A stretch of 48,940 nucleotides of DNA from positions 620,001 through 668,940 of the forward strand of contig BROI01000022.1 of NCBI GenBank assembly GCA_027923505.1. Reading direction: 5' to 3'. The stretch is from Mayamaea pseudoterrestris (taxonomy: Eukaryota). This document shows positions 23,601 to 34,237 of this stretch, piece by piece (within the stretch, counting starts at the first letter, position 1; each line of letters opens with the position of its first letter). The position numbers were made by a program, and so were the translations under genes. The notes below the pieces were generated by a model. That model worked only from the letters and a program-made list of their open reading frames with translations, did no database searches and had not been told where the DNA came from.

Positions 23601-24582
23601 ATTGGAATGGGCAGTGTAAGTTTATTCTGGCTCGGGTCCTCCACTGCCATGCATTATCTGACAAGCCTTATTTTTTGTTATACAGATGGATGAGATGGAT
23701 ATGTTTCTTTCTGCCGACACTGACCAAACAGATCGAGTTTTGAAGATGGCTGGATCATTTTCTTTATCGCCCAAGAACGTGCGACGGCCCGAACCGGAAA
23801 TGTCACGGCCGGCTCCGGAGCCTCCACTCAAGTTCCATCTCGTCACTGCTGACAGTCATGGAGGATACAACATGATATTTTCTCAGCGTCAAATCAATCA
23901 TCTGCGGCGAGTCTTACAAGAGAGTGGGCTGCTAGATGTAACCATTGAACAAGTCTGTCGTGTTGTACTTGCCAGAGCATCAGGCGCTCGAGATGCTGAC
24001 CCTCGTATCTCCCAGCAACATTATGATTCAGCCATGATTAGCATGCTGAAATGGAAATCCAACGCGTCGACCGAAACCAAAAGATCGATGATCGGCATGC
24101 TGGAGGAAGTTTTCGCATGCTTTATTGGCGACGGGAACTTGGACCCCAGTGCAGCTGAAGTTGCTTGCGGCATTACTGTCTTTTGCCAAGGCAAGAAGAG
24201 TGACAAGCTTGAGCATGCCTTTGAACTGCTAGACCAGAAACGACGTGGAAAGCTTTCCAAAAAGGAACTGGTCAGATATTTCCAATCTTTTCTTACCGTC
24301 TTGCTTGGTATATCTGTATGTTCGTGTCTCGATTCCGACCTGACGACAGATTCGTTGCAAACGCTTCGAGGCGCCAAAGTCGAGCAATCGCCAAGTGCCG
24401 TTGCTCGCGCCGCCAAAACTGGCGCCGAGTGGACCGCCAATCTCATCTTTCAAGAGCTACAAAAGGCTACCAGTGCTTTACTGTCATTTGACGACTTTGC
24501 CTCTTGGTATACAACAAAGGGACATGTCAGCATGCCTTGGCTGGAGTTGATCGACCTGCGAAAGTGGGTCTTGCAAGTGTAG
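20679..24582 (+). CDS. Large EF-hand protein with four repeated NCS/calcineurin-B-like modules; exons 20679-23615, 23686-24582
   Basis: Repeated GxKSxKLxxAFxLLD...F(D/E)xFxxWY...PWLELLDLxKW modules. Phase-0 70-bp intron at 23616-23685 (GTAAGT...TACAG). The start codon is uncertain. Confidence 0.75.
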
Positions 24583-24847
24583 GCATTCTACGCTATTGTT
24601 TGTTTGCATAACTACAAAACAAATGTGTATTGCGTTAGGTGGAAAGGTAGTACGCTTTTACACAGAGTTACATAGGCATGGCGGTGCACCGTTTACGTCG
24701 TACGACGTAGCAAGGTAGCTACTGAAAACCACTACGATAAATGACTGCTGGACGACAGCAAGAACATGTTTGATGCCGTCGACCTCGAACCGCTTCAACG
24801 AAGCCCGGCTGTTGCCATATCCATGCCGATAATACTTTAATCGCAAC

Positions 24848-25858
24848 ATGTCGAACAAAACTGGATGGTAAGAAGTATAGATGAAGTTAATAGTAACTGT
24901 GAACGAGTGCGTAGTTGTCAGATTTCGCTCATTCTTGCGATGCGAACACAAAACGGAGTGCTGCGGCCACGAAGGCTTTAAACATCTACTGATATTGTAA
25001 TCGCTTGAATCGTTGTCTAAAACCTTGAACTCTCATTCAAATTTAGCATGTGCTGCGCCTACGGGCCGCTCACTACCTTTCCAGCCATTGTTTCCTTCTT
25101 TGCGACCATTTTGACCTACAGCGCCGCCTTTGGATGCTCGCTCTTCACGTCGGGCAACAACCAGGCATCTGTTGGATCATGGGGATTGTGGACGGTGGAA
25201 GGTCGTCAGATCAATTTGGAGCTTGATGCCACTTTGTATGACTATGTCTGCTACAGCTACGCGCAAGTCGTTCCATTTGGCGATCCGAGTGCGTTTCTGG
25301 ATGCTCCAATGAAGGCAGGTCGGGCGTTCTCTGCCATTGCAGCTACTTTAGCGGGTCCATTGTGGGTGACAATCATGATGCTGTGCTGCGTGAACTTTGG
25401 AAACAATAGAGTTATCTTCAAAGTTATCAGTCTTTGGTGTGTGTTTGTTGGAGTCATGATTTTGCTTGAACTGGTACGTGACGACGCACTGTGATGTATC
25501 TGCTTTAAAAATTCAAAGCTGACGACGAAACCTTTTCATTCTCTAGGCTGGAATGGCATCAAAGTTTTGCAAGGATCAAGTTCAGTGCAAGATTGGATCG
25601 GCTGGCATTTTAGCAATCGTGTCGTTCTTCCTTTGGTTATTGACAGCCTTGCTCGTTGCGACCATGAACCAGGAGCCTCGAGCGCTAGCAGGCGATGCTT
25701 CCTTTGATAACCAGCCAAAAGAGGTGGTGGTGGAAACCAAGACTCGCAACCCCGATGGAACTGTCACTGTGACGACGCGCAAGACTATCACGCACGCGGA
25801 CGGAAGCAAGGAAGTGATCGAATCGAGCGACATTGAGGCCACGGGTGTAAAAATGTGA
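24848..25858 (+). CDS. Claudin-like four-TM membrane protein, paralogue 1; exons 24848-24867, 25047-25473, 25547-25858
   Basis: Four hydrophobic helices, WGLW..C loop motif and a Thr-rich tail with NPDGT/ADGS turns. Introns TG|GTAAGA...TTTAG (24868-25046) and GTACGT...CTCTAG (25474-25546). Confidence 0.75.
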
Positions 25859-26402
25859 CGATAGTAGCAGACTTGTAGTTTACGCATCCTTGCACTTGCT
25901 AAATATATATGAGCTAATTAGCACAGTGTCTCGCGTCGGATGGAAACGATGAGGGAAATGCTCTCGTCATCACTGCGTACCGAGGCATATATAATATTTT
26001 TTCCTTTCATTGCCAGGCATGCTCGCCAGCTGGCTTCTACTGTGCCTCTTCGGATCTTTTGGCCCTTTGATTCCTTTGACGCCGTCTCAACTGACGAATG
26101 AGCTGCACGCTGAAGCAGCAACTATGGCATGTAATTCAATCTTGTCAAATAGTTCAAGATAGGGAATTGAAACACAGCTGAAGCAAGCAATCAACCATGA
26201 CGCCAGATCATGATTCTTCAAGGAGATAGGGTCACGTTTCTTACGTGGCAAGCAACACAACATACATATTGTTGATTTCCATCGTGCGTGCAGGATGCGA
26301 CACGAACGATTGATGTTGACGCGCTGCCCAAATTGGATACGCGCGCTTCGATTCACAGAGTTGGAAGTCATAAGGTCAAAGATCTTTTCGGAGACTGTCG
26401 TT

Positions 26403-27443
26403 ATGGGTTGTTTTAAGGCATGGTAAGAGCTGCTTGCGCCATGAAAGATGGGAGCCAATGCTCTGTGTAGGAGTAGTCGCCGTTTGCTTCTCGTGCATGT
26501 GGCCCGAGAATACTCGAATATCTTTCATACTTGATACGACCTTTGACCTCAATAGGCTGACACTTTCTGTTCTTTAGCGTCTGCTGCGCTTACGGGCCCT
26601 GGATAGTGCTTCCAGCCATCCTGGCACTCATTTCTGCCACATTGACCTACACCGCGGTTTTTGGATGCAGCTTGTTTACGAGCACGGACGATGATACCTT
26701 TACCACGTCTGGCCTTTGGACAACGCAGGCGGCGACGTATGTAACGGATGATATCTTTGTCCTTAGCTGCCTTCCTTACGATCAAGTTTTCTACAATGGA
26801 GTTGCGCCTTTTATCATGGATGCATCGCTGAAAGCCGGAAGGGTGTTTGGCGCCATGGCCGCGACGCTTGCCGGGCCTCTGTGGATCGTTGTCATGTTGC
26901 TCTGCTGCATGAACTTTGGCAGAAGCAAGATAATCTTTTGGGTCATCATGGCACTTTGTGTAGTCCTTGCGGTTCTCATGTTGCTGATGCTGGTGAGTGC
27001 ATTCGGACTAGACGAGTTTGGCTTGAAATATCCTCTGCAAAACAGTAAACATTTACATGTACTTCTTCTTTTTTGCGCTTCAGGCCGGTATGGGCACAAC
27101 GTACTGCCAGGATGCTGCTTCTTGCAAAATCGGAGCCACAGGTATTCTGGCCATTATTTCATTCTTCCTCTGGCTGTTGACTGCATTCACCGTGGCACTG
27201 GTCATGAAGAAGGAACCTAGGACGCGATCGCCCGCCAGTCGAAGCTTGAAGCAGCAGCCAAGCAATGTAGAGACGACCGAGACGAGCACTACAAACCCCG
27301 ATGGAACGATTTCAGTGGTGACGCGCACAACAACGATGCATCCCGATGGAAGCAAGGAAGTAAAGGAGACGACTTCGATCAAGCCTGGGGCGACCAAGGA
27401 AGGTGCCATTGACTCTACAGAGACCAGCAACGGAGAGCCGTAA
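26403..27443 (+). CDS. Claudin-like four-TM membrane protein, paralogue 2; exons 26403-26422, 26578-26992, 27084-27443
   Basis: Clear homology to paralogue 1 (CCAYGP, FGCSLFTS, GLWT, KAGR.F.A.AATLAGPLW, CKIG..GILAI.SFFLWLLTA) with the same intron positions and phases. N-terminus is MGCFKACVCC. Confidence 0.75.
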
Positions 27444-27701
27444 GATGTGCCGAGAGGCGTCTCACTTTATGTTAACTAAGAAATGGAGTACTTGTTAAAT
27501 TTCACGTAGTTCTGTTTGCAAGCTCATTCTATAGTTTTATAGCCAAGCGCCATTAACTTGGGATTGCGTACTTAGCTGCCGCGAGAACTTGTGCGACACG
27601 CAAAGTGGCATCATTCCGACAATGACCATGACCATGCAGATCCGCAACCAAGATCAAACTACGGATCCTTTCAAGCCACTTCTTACACCAACGAGAAGAG
27701 A

Positions 27702-27890
27702 ATGTCACAACCCGTCGGAAAGTACACGGAAACAGAGTTCCCTTCGGGTGATCCAATAGAAAAGATTGAAGAGAAGCGAATTAAGCTTCCAGGCAACAAT
27801 GGCATTAAAGTGCTGACGCGAACGACTGTTACATATCCAAGTGGAAAGAAGATTGTGACGGAAAGCAGCAGAGTTGAGCCGCCAAAGTGA
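27702..27890 (+). other. Small ORF or gene fragment resembling the Thr-rich tail of the claudin-like paralogues
   Basis: KVLTRTTVTYPSGKKIVTESS aligns with VTTRKTITHADGSKEVIESS and VVTRTTTMHPDGSKEVKETTS. No TM region is present. Confidence 0.4.
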
Positions 27891-28478
27891 AAAAGGGTCA
27901 AGGTTTTTGAAAATTGATCTTACTGGATGAAGATATGAAGCTGCCAAGAGATTTGTCTCGCATTTCGCGTTTCGCCGTCTTTCATCCACTTTAAATGGAA
28001 GTGGTTTAGCATCCGTAAGAAGCTTCAACATATATTAACAACTTTAATCAAGCATTTAACAAGCTATCCTACTGTATCATGGCTTCAGCGTACACATTGT
28101 TACGGACTAAATGGACTAATGGCATGTGTAGCGTCGTAGCGTCGCCATACCGCAACGGCGAAAAGGATGATGCAATGGCAAAGAGGCAAGTTAACATGAT
28201 GAGCAACGTGCGAACCATTATGACGAGTAATACAAGCGCAGTCTGTGCAGCTGATCGTTTTTCGTTGCGCTGGAGATGAAAGATTGGAAAAGCCGATCAT
28301 GTCAAAACCGCAGCGACACTGTTACAACTCATGACCCAATGGTCGCGCCATGGCGTGCGTTTTTCACCATCGACCATTGCGAAATCCATCCAACTTTCAT
28401 CCTCACTTTATTGATCCCGCCAACCTGTACCGGTAGCTAGGCGACTGTACAGAGCACTTCGACTTGACTCGTTACAAT

Positions 28479-29768
28479 ATGCACCGCCATACTCGGTGTC
28501 TGTCATGGTGGCTGGTGATCGCATTGACAATTGTCTCTGCTGTAACGGCAGAAGGAGAAACTGCATCATCGAGCGCATCGCCGCCAGCAGACTCCAGTAG
28601 TGAAGGAAACGCAGAGTCGACTCCACCAAAAAAAGCTGCTCGCACATATGACTTTGACATTGAAAATACAGACTGGGGTACCTATCATGATCCTCAAGGC
28701 GTCTTTTGCGGCAAGTATGACTGCTACAAGATTCTAGGATTTGACTACGAAAACTTTGGTTCTCCGCAACAAAAGATTATCACGCAACACTATCGATCAC
28801 TTTCGCGCCACTGGCATCCCGACAAGTCGAAACATCCCGAAGCCAAGGAACGTTTTGTCAAGATTGCCCGAGCCTACGAAGTCTTGAGCAATAGCGAACT
28901 GCGCAAAGACTACGATGATCTGCGATACGACCCGCAAAAGTACTACATGAAGCATGGTGCAAGCGTCTTGTGGAACTATGCGCCTCAAACCGATACTGCC
29001 GTTGTAATTATCATGCTGCTGCTAGTCGCCAACTTGTTTGCGTGGCTCGCACAAAAGCATCGCTGGCAGCAAGTGGCGGACCGACTCGTCAAGGCGGCGC
29101 TCGAAGACTGGACGCCCAGTCAAGGAGGTACGCCGGAGTCAAAGGAGCTGCGCGAGCATGCCATGCAAGTCTTGGAGGAGCGCGAGCAAGCTGCGGCTGC
29201 CAAGGAGGCGAGTGTGACGAATAAGACTGCTTCCGAAGCAGCAGCCACGCCTTCCAAGTCGACTGCCAGCGCCAAGAAGCAGACGAAGAAAGTGAAAGAC
29301 AAGCTTTCTGGTAAGGAGAGGAAGCAAAAGGAAATGGATGCATTGAAATCAATCATTGTCGAGATTGTTAGCGAGATGAGGGACTTTGGAGGTGGCTACC
29401 ACTTGCCAACCTGGCGTGACTTGCTGATTATATCCTTGCTCAAGTTTCCTTTTCGAGTCGTCAAGAATATGGCATGGTTGAGCACGTACTATGCTCGGCG
29501 GCTGCGGGGCCTGCCATTGAGTCACGACGAAAAGCGAGTCTTGACGGAGCGAGCAGTCGGACCCATTATCTGGGATACTTCATCCGATGAGCAACGCGAG
29601 GTACTTGTCAAGCGCGAGCTTTGGGTTGTTGCGAATCTGTCAGAGTGGTCCGAGGAACAAGACTATGAAAAGCTTAGTAACGGGGAGAAGAAGTTATTGA
29701 AAAAGATGAAAAAGAAAGGAATCAGAAACCCTGAAGGCGACATCAATGACTTGCTCAAGGAAGACTGA
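28479..29768 (+). CDS. DNAJC25: DnaJ-domain ER membrane co-chaperone, DNAJC25-like
   Basis: Signal peptide, FCGKYDCYKILG, a J-domain with WHPDK and KIARAYEVL, then YAPQTD followed by a TM helix. Confidence 0.85.
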   Translation: MHRHTRCLSWWLVIALTIVSAVTAEGETASSSASPPADSSSEGNAESTPPKKAARTYDFDIENTDWGTYHDPQGVFCGKYDCYKILGFDYENFGSPQQKIITQHYRSLSRHWHPDKSKHPEAKERFVKIARAYEVLSNSELRKDYDDLRYDPQKYYMKHGASVLWNYAPQTDTAVVIIMLLLVANLFAWLAQKHRWQQVADRLVKAALEDWTPSQGGTPESKELREHAMQVLEEREQAAAAKEASVTNKTASEAAATPSKSTASAKKQTKKVKDKLSGKERKQKEMDALKSIIVEIVSEMRDFGGGYHLPTWRDLLIISLLKFPFRVVKNMAWLSTYYARRLRGLPLSHDEKRVLTERAVGPIIWDTSSDEQREVLVKRELWVVANLSEWSEEQDYEKLSNGEKKLLKKMKKKGIRNPEGDINDLLKED

Positions 29769-29883
29769 TAGTTGTGGGCATTCATTCATAACCACAGGCT
29801 TGTGTAGCAGACCCTAAGCAAGATAGAAAAACTACAGTAAAGCGCATCTATGACTGTGCATCGTGCAAGTGTATTCTGTAGAG

Positions 29884-30740
29884 TATGGACATTTGAAAAT
29901 TATGGCATCTGCTGGCTGAGACCGGTGAGAACTTCTCACCAGTCCCATTGCATTCTACCAAGGGACCAGCCAGGCAATCCATCTTGTAGTGCACATGATA
30001 AAAGAATGTTAACACCATTCTGGCTTAATTTGGGCCTACACATGGCTCAAGGTATGGGCTATTGAATATCACAGCCAGCTGCTGTCCACAGAGACACTAG
30101 CTTGTCATCTTGTTTTGTGGCGCATCTGAAATAAGGATGTATTGTGACAGCCATGACTCATTAAACCCCGCCACCCCACCCAAGGGAACAAGTATTGAAC
30201 TAGTTTGCTTCGGGTCCTCAACAGCACTGCTTGATTTGGGCAGTCCACATGCCTAGAGAGACACTAGCTTGTCATCTTGTTTTGTGGCGCATCTGAAATA
30301 TGGATGTTAGCACCATTCTGGCTTGATTTGGGCATACACATGGCTCAAGGTATGGGCATTTGAAAATTACGGCATCTGCTGGCTGAGACTGATGAGAACT
30401 CCTCACCAGTCACATTGCAGTCAACCAAGGGGCAAGCCAGGCAATCTTCCATGTAGCAGACCTGAAATAAGGATGTTAGCACCATTCTGGCTTGATTTGG
30501 GCATACACATGGCTCAAGGTTTGGACATTTGCCAGTCACATTGCCGTCCACTGAGGGACCAGCCAAGCAATCCATCTTGTAGCGCACCTGAAATACGGAT
30601 GTTAGCACCATTCTGGCTTGATTTGGGCATGCACATGGCTCAAGGTATGAGCGTCTGACAATCATGGCACCTGCTGCTTGAGACTGGTGACAAGTTGTCA
30701 CCAATCACACTCATTGCAGTCCATAGAGACACTAGCCTGT
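29884..30740 (-). repeat. Degenerate copies of the 169-bp satellite A in inverted orientation
   Basis: Reads as the reverse complement of A (ggcatctgc.ggctgagac.ggtga.aa.tt.tcacc; ccatcttgtag.gca..tgaa; gatgttagcaccattctgg), with indels and an exact 44-bp duplication at 30090 and 30257. Confidence 0.85.
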
Positions 30741-30743
30741 GTA

Positions 30744-31811
30744 TGTGCGGAGTCTCATGGCAGAGGGATGGGCTTCACACCCAAGGTGACAAGCCTTTGC
30801 ATATTAATCCCTTAGAAAATGTATTTTCTTTGTATTCCCAGAATTGGCAGGCCATTCTGGCAGTCTGAAGTGCCACTTGAGGTGCACTGCTAGTAGATCC
30901 AACAAGTTGATGGATCTGCCGAGTCTCACCATGACATACATGGTGGTGGAGACTGGAATGGGTGGGTGCAACTGACCCAAGCATTGGCCCATCATGACAC
31001 CAAACATGAATTGAAATGGATTGGGGGGCTCAACAGGCAACAATGATGGTTTGTGTAGCCAAAAAGGGTGCACGGCTGGCACATTCAATAAATGGTTGAA
31101 TGTGCGGAGTCTCATGGCAAAGGGATGGGTTTCACACCCAAGGTGACAAGCCTTTGCGTATTAATCCCTTAAAAAATGTATATTCTTTGTATTCCTGAAC
31201 TGGCAGGCCATTCTGGCAGTCTGGAGTGCCACTTGAGGTGGGCTGCTAGCAGATCCCACAAGGTGTTGGATCTGCTGAGTCTCACCATGACATACATGGT
31301 GGTGGAGACTGGAATGGGTGGGTGCAACTGACCCAAGCATTGGCCCATCATGACACCAAACATGAATTGAAATGGATTGGGGGGCTCAACAGGCAACAAT
31401 GATGGTTTGTGTAGCCAAAAAGGGTGCACGGCTGGCACATTCAATAAATGGTTGAATGTGCGGAGTCTCATGGCAAAGGGATGGGTTTCACACCCAAGGT
31501 GACAAGCCTTTGCGTATTAATCCCTTAAAAAATGTATATTCTTTGTATTCCTGAACTGGCAGGCCATTCTGGCAGTCTGGAGTGCCACTTGAGGTGGGCT
31601 GCTAGCAGATCCCACAAGGTGTTGGATCTGCTGAGTCTTACCATGTCATACATGGTGGTGGAGACTGGAATGGGTGGGTGCAACTGACCCAATCATTGGC
31701 CCATCATGACACCAAACATGAATGGAAATGGATTGGGGGGCTCAACAGGCATGAATGATGGTTGGTGTAGCCAAAAAGGGTGCATGGGTGGCACATTCAA
31801 CAATTGGTTAA
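30744..31811 (+). repeat. Satellite B (356-357 bp), ~3 copies
   Basis: tgtgcggagtctcatggca recurs at 30744, 31101 and 31457. Confidence 0.95.
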
Positions 31812-33430
31812 AGGCACCTACAGCAAGCCCTGTAGGTGCCCACATTACACCAGAATGGTGCCAACATCATTATTCAGGCTGCGCTACAACATGGTAGGCT
31901 TGGCAGGTGTCTCAGGGAATGGCAATGTATTTGGTGAAAACTTGCCACCAGTCTCAGCCCACAGATGCCATGACATTCAAACGCCCCTACAGCAAGCCCT
32001 GTAGGCGCCCACATTACACCAGAATGGTGCCAGCATCATTATACAGGCTGCGCTACAAGATGGTAGGCTTGGCGGGTGTCTCAGGGAATGGCAATGTATT
32101 TGGTGACAACTTGTCACCAGTCTCACCCCACAGATGTTGTGAGATTCAAACGCCCCTACAGCCAGCCCTGTAGGTGCCCCCATTACATAAAAATGGTGCC
32201 AACATCATTATACAGGCTGCGCTACAAGATGGTAGGCTTGGCGGGTGTCTCAGGGAATGGCAATGTATTTGGTGACAACTTGTCACCAGTCTCAGCCCTC
32301 AGATGCCGTGACATTCAAACGCCCCTACAGCCAGCCCTGTAGGTGCCCAAATTACACCGGAATGGTGCCAACCCTCATTATTCAGGCTGCGCTACAAGAT
32401 GGTAGGCTTGGCGGGTGTCTCAGGGAATGGCAATGTATTTGGTGACAACTTGTCACCAGTCTCAGCCCCCAGATGCCTTGACATTCAAACTCCCCAACAG
32501 CAAGCCCTGTTGGTGCCCCCATTACACCAGAATGGTGCCAACATCATTATTCAGGCTGCGCTACAAGATGGTAGGCTTGGTGGGTGTCTCAGGGAATGGC
32601 AATGTATTTGGTGACAAATTGTCACCAGTCTCAGCCCGCAGATGCCGTGACATTCAAACGCCCCTACAGCAAGCCCTGTAGGTGCCCAAATTACACCAGA
32701 ATGGTGCCAACATCATTATTCAGGCTGCGCTACAAGATGGTAGGCTTGGCGGGTGTCTCAGGGAATGGCAATGTATTTGGTGACAACTTGTCACCAGTCT
32801 CAGCCCGCAGATGCCGTGACATTCAAACGCCCCTACAGCAAGCCCTGTAGGTGCCCCCATTACACCAGAATGGTGCCAACATCATTATGCAGGCTGCGCT
32901 ACAAGATGGTAGGCTTGGTGGGTGTTTCAGGGAATGGCAATGTATTTGGTGACAACTTGTCACCAGTCTCAGCCCGCAGATGCCGTGACATTCAAACGCC
33001 CTTACAGCAAGCACTGTAGGTGCCCAGATTACTCCAGAATGGTGCCAACATCATTATTCAGGCTGCGCTACAAGATGGTAGGCTTGGCGGGTGTCTCAGG
33101 GAATGGCAATGTATTTGGTGACAACTTGTCACCAGTCTCAGCCCGCAGATGCCTTGACATTCAAACGCCCCAACAGCAAGTCCTGTAGGTGCCACCATTA
33201 CACCAGAATGGTGCCAACATCAGTATTCAGGCTGCGCTACAAGATGGTAGGCTTGGTGGGTGTCTCAGGGAATGGCAATGTATTTGGTGACAACTTGTCA
33301 CCAGTCTCAGCCCGCAGATGTTGTGACATTCAAACGCACCTACAGCAAGCCCTGTAGGTGCCCCCATTACACCAGAATGGTGCCAACATCATTTTTAAGG
33401 CTGCGCTACAAGTTGGTACCATTGGTGGGT
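31812..33430 (+). repeat. Satellite A (169 bp), ~9.5 copies
   Basis: tggtgacaacttgtcaccagtctcag recurs every 169 bp, and the ORF track repeats with the same period. Confidence 0.97.
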
Positions 33431-34237
33431 GTTTGGCAGGCCATTCTGGCAGTCTGAAGTGCCACTTGAGGTGCACTGCTAGTAGATTCAACAAGGTGTT
33501 GGATCTGCTGAGTCTCACCATGACATACATGGTGGTGGAGACTGGAATGGGTGGGTGCAACTGACCCAAGCATTGGCCCATCATGACACCAAACATGAAG
33601 TAAAATGGATTGAGGGGCTCAACAGGCAAAAATGATGGTTCGTGTGGCCAAAAAGGGTACATGGCTGGCACATTCAACTAATGGTTGAATGTGCTGAGTC
33701 TCATGGCAAAGGGATGGGTTTCACACCCAAGGTGACAAGCCTTTGCGTACTAATCACCTAAAAAACAAATGCTCTTTGTATTTCAGAATTGGCAGGCCAT
33801 TCTGGCAGTCTGAAGTGCCACTTGAGGTGCACTGCTAGTAGATTCAACAATTTGTTGAATCTGCCGAGTCTCACCATGACATACATGGTGGTGGAGACTG
33901 GAATGGGTGGGTGCAACCAACCCAAGCATTGGCAAATCATGACACCAAACATGAATTGAAATGGATTGAGGGGCTCATCAGGCAACAATGAAGGTTCGTG
34001 TAGCCAAAAAGGGTGCACGGCTGGCACATTCAACCAATGGTTGAATGTGCGGAGTCTCATGGCAAATGGATGGGTTTCACACCCAAGGTGACAAGCCTTT
34101 GCGCTCTTTTTACTTAAAAAATGTATTTTCTTTGTATTCCAGAACTGGCAGGCTATTCTGGCAGTCTGAAGTGCTACTTGAGGTGCGCTGCTAGCAGATC
34201 CAACAAGGTGTTGGATCTGCCGAGTCTCACCATGACA
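33431..34237 (+). repeat. Satellite B, second block (~2.3 copies; last monomer interrupted, resumes at ~42244)
   Basis: Same sequence as 30744-31811. It stops at ...gagtctcaccatgaca. Confidence 0.93.
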
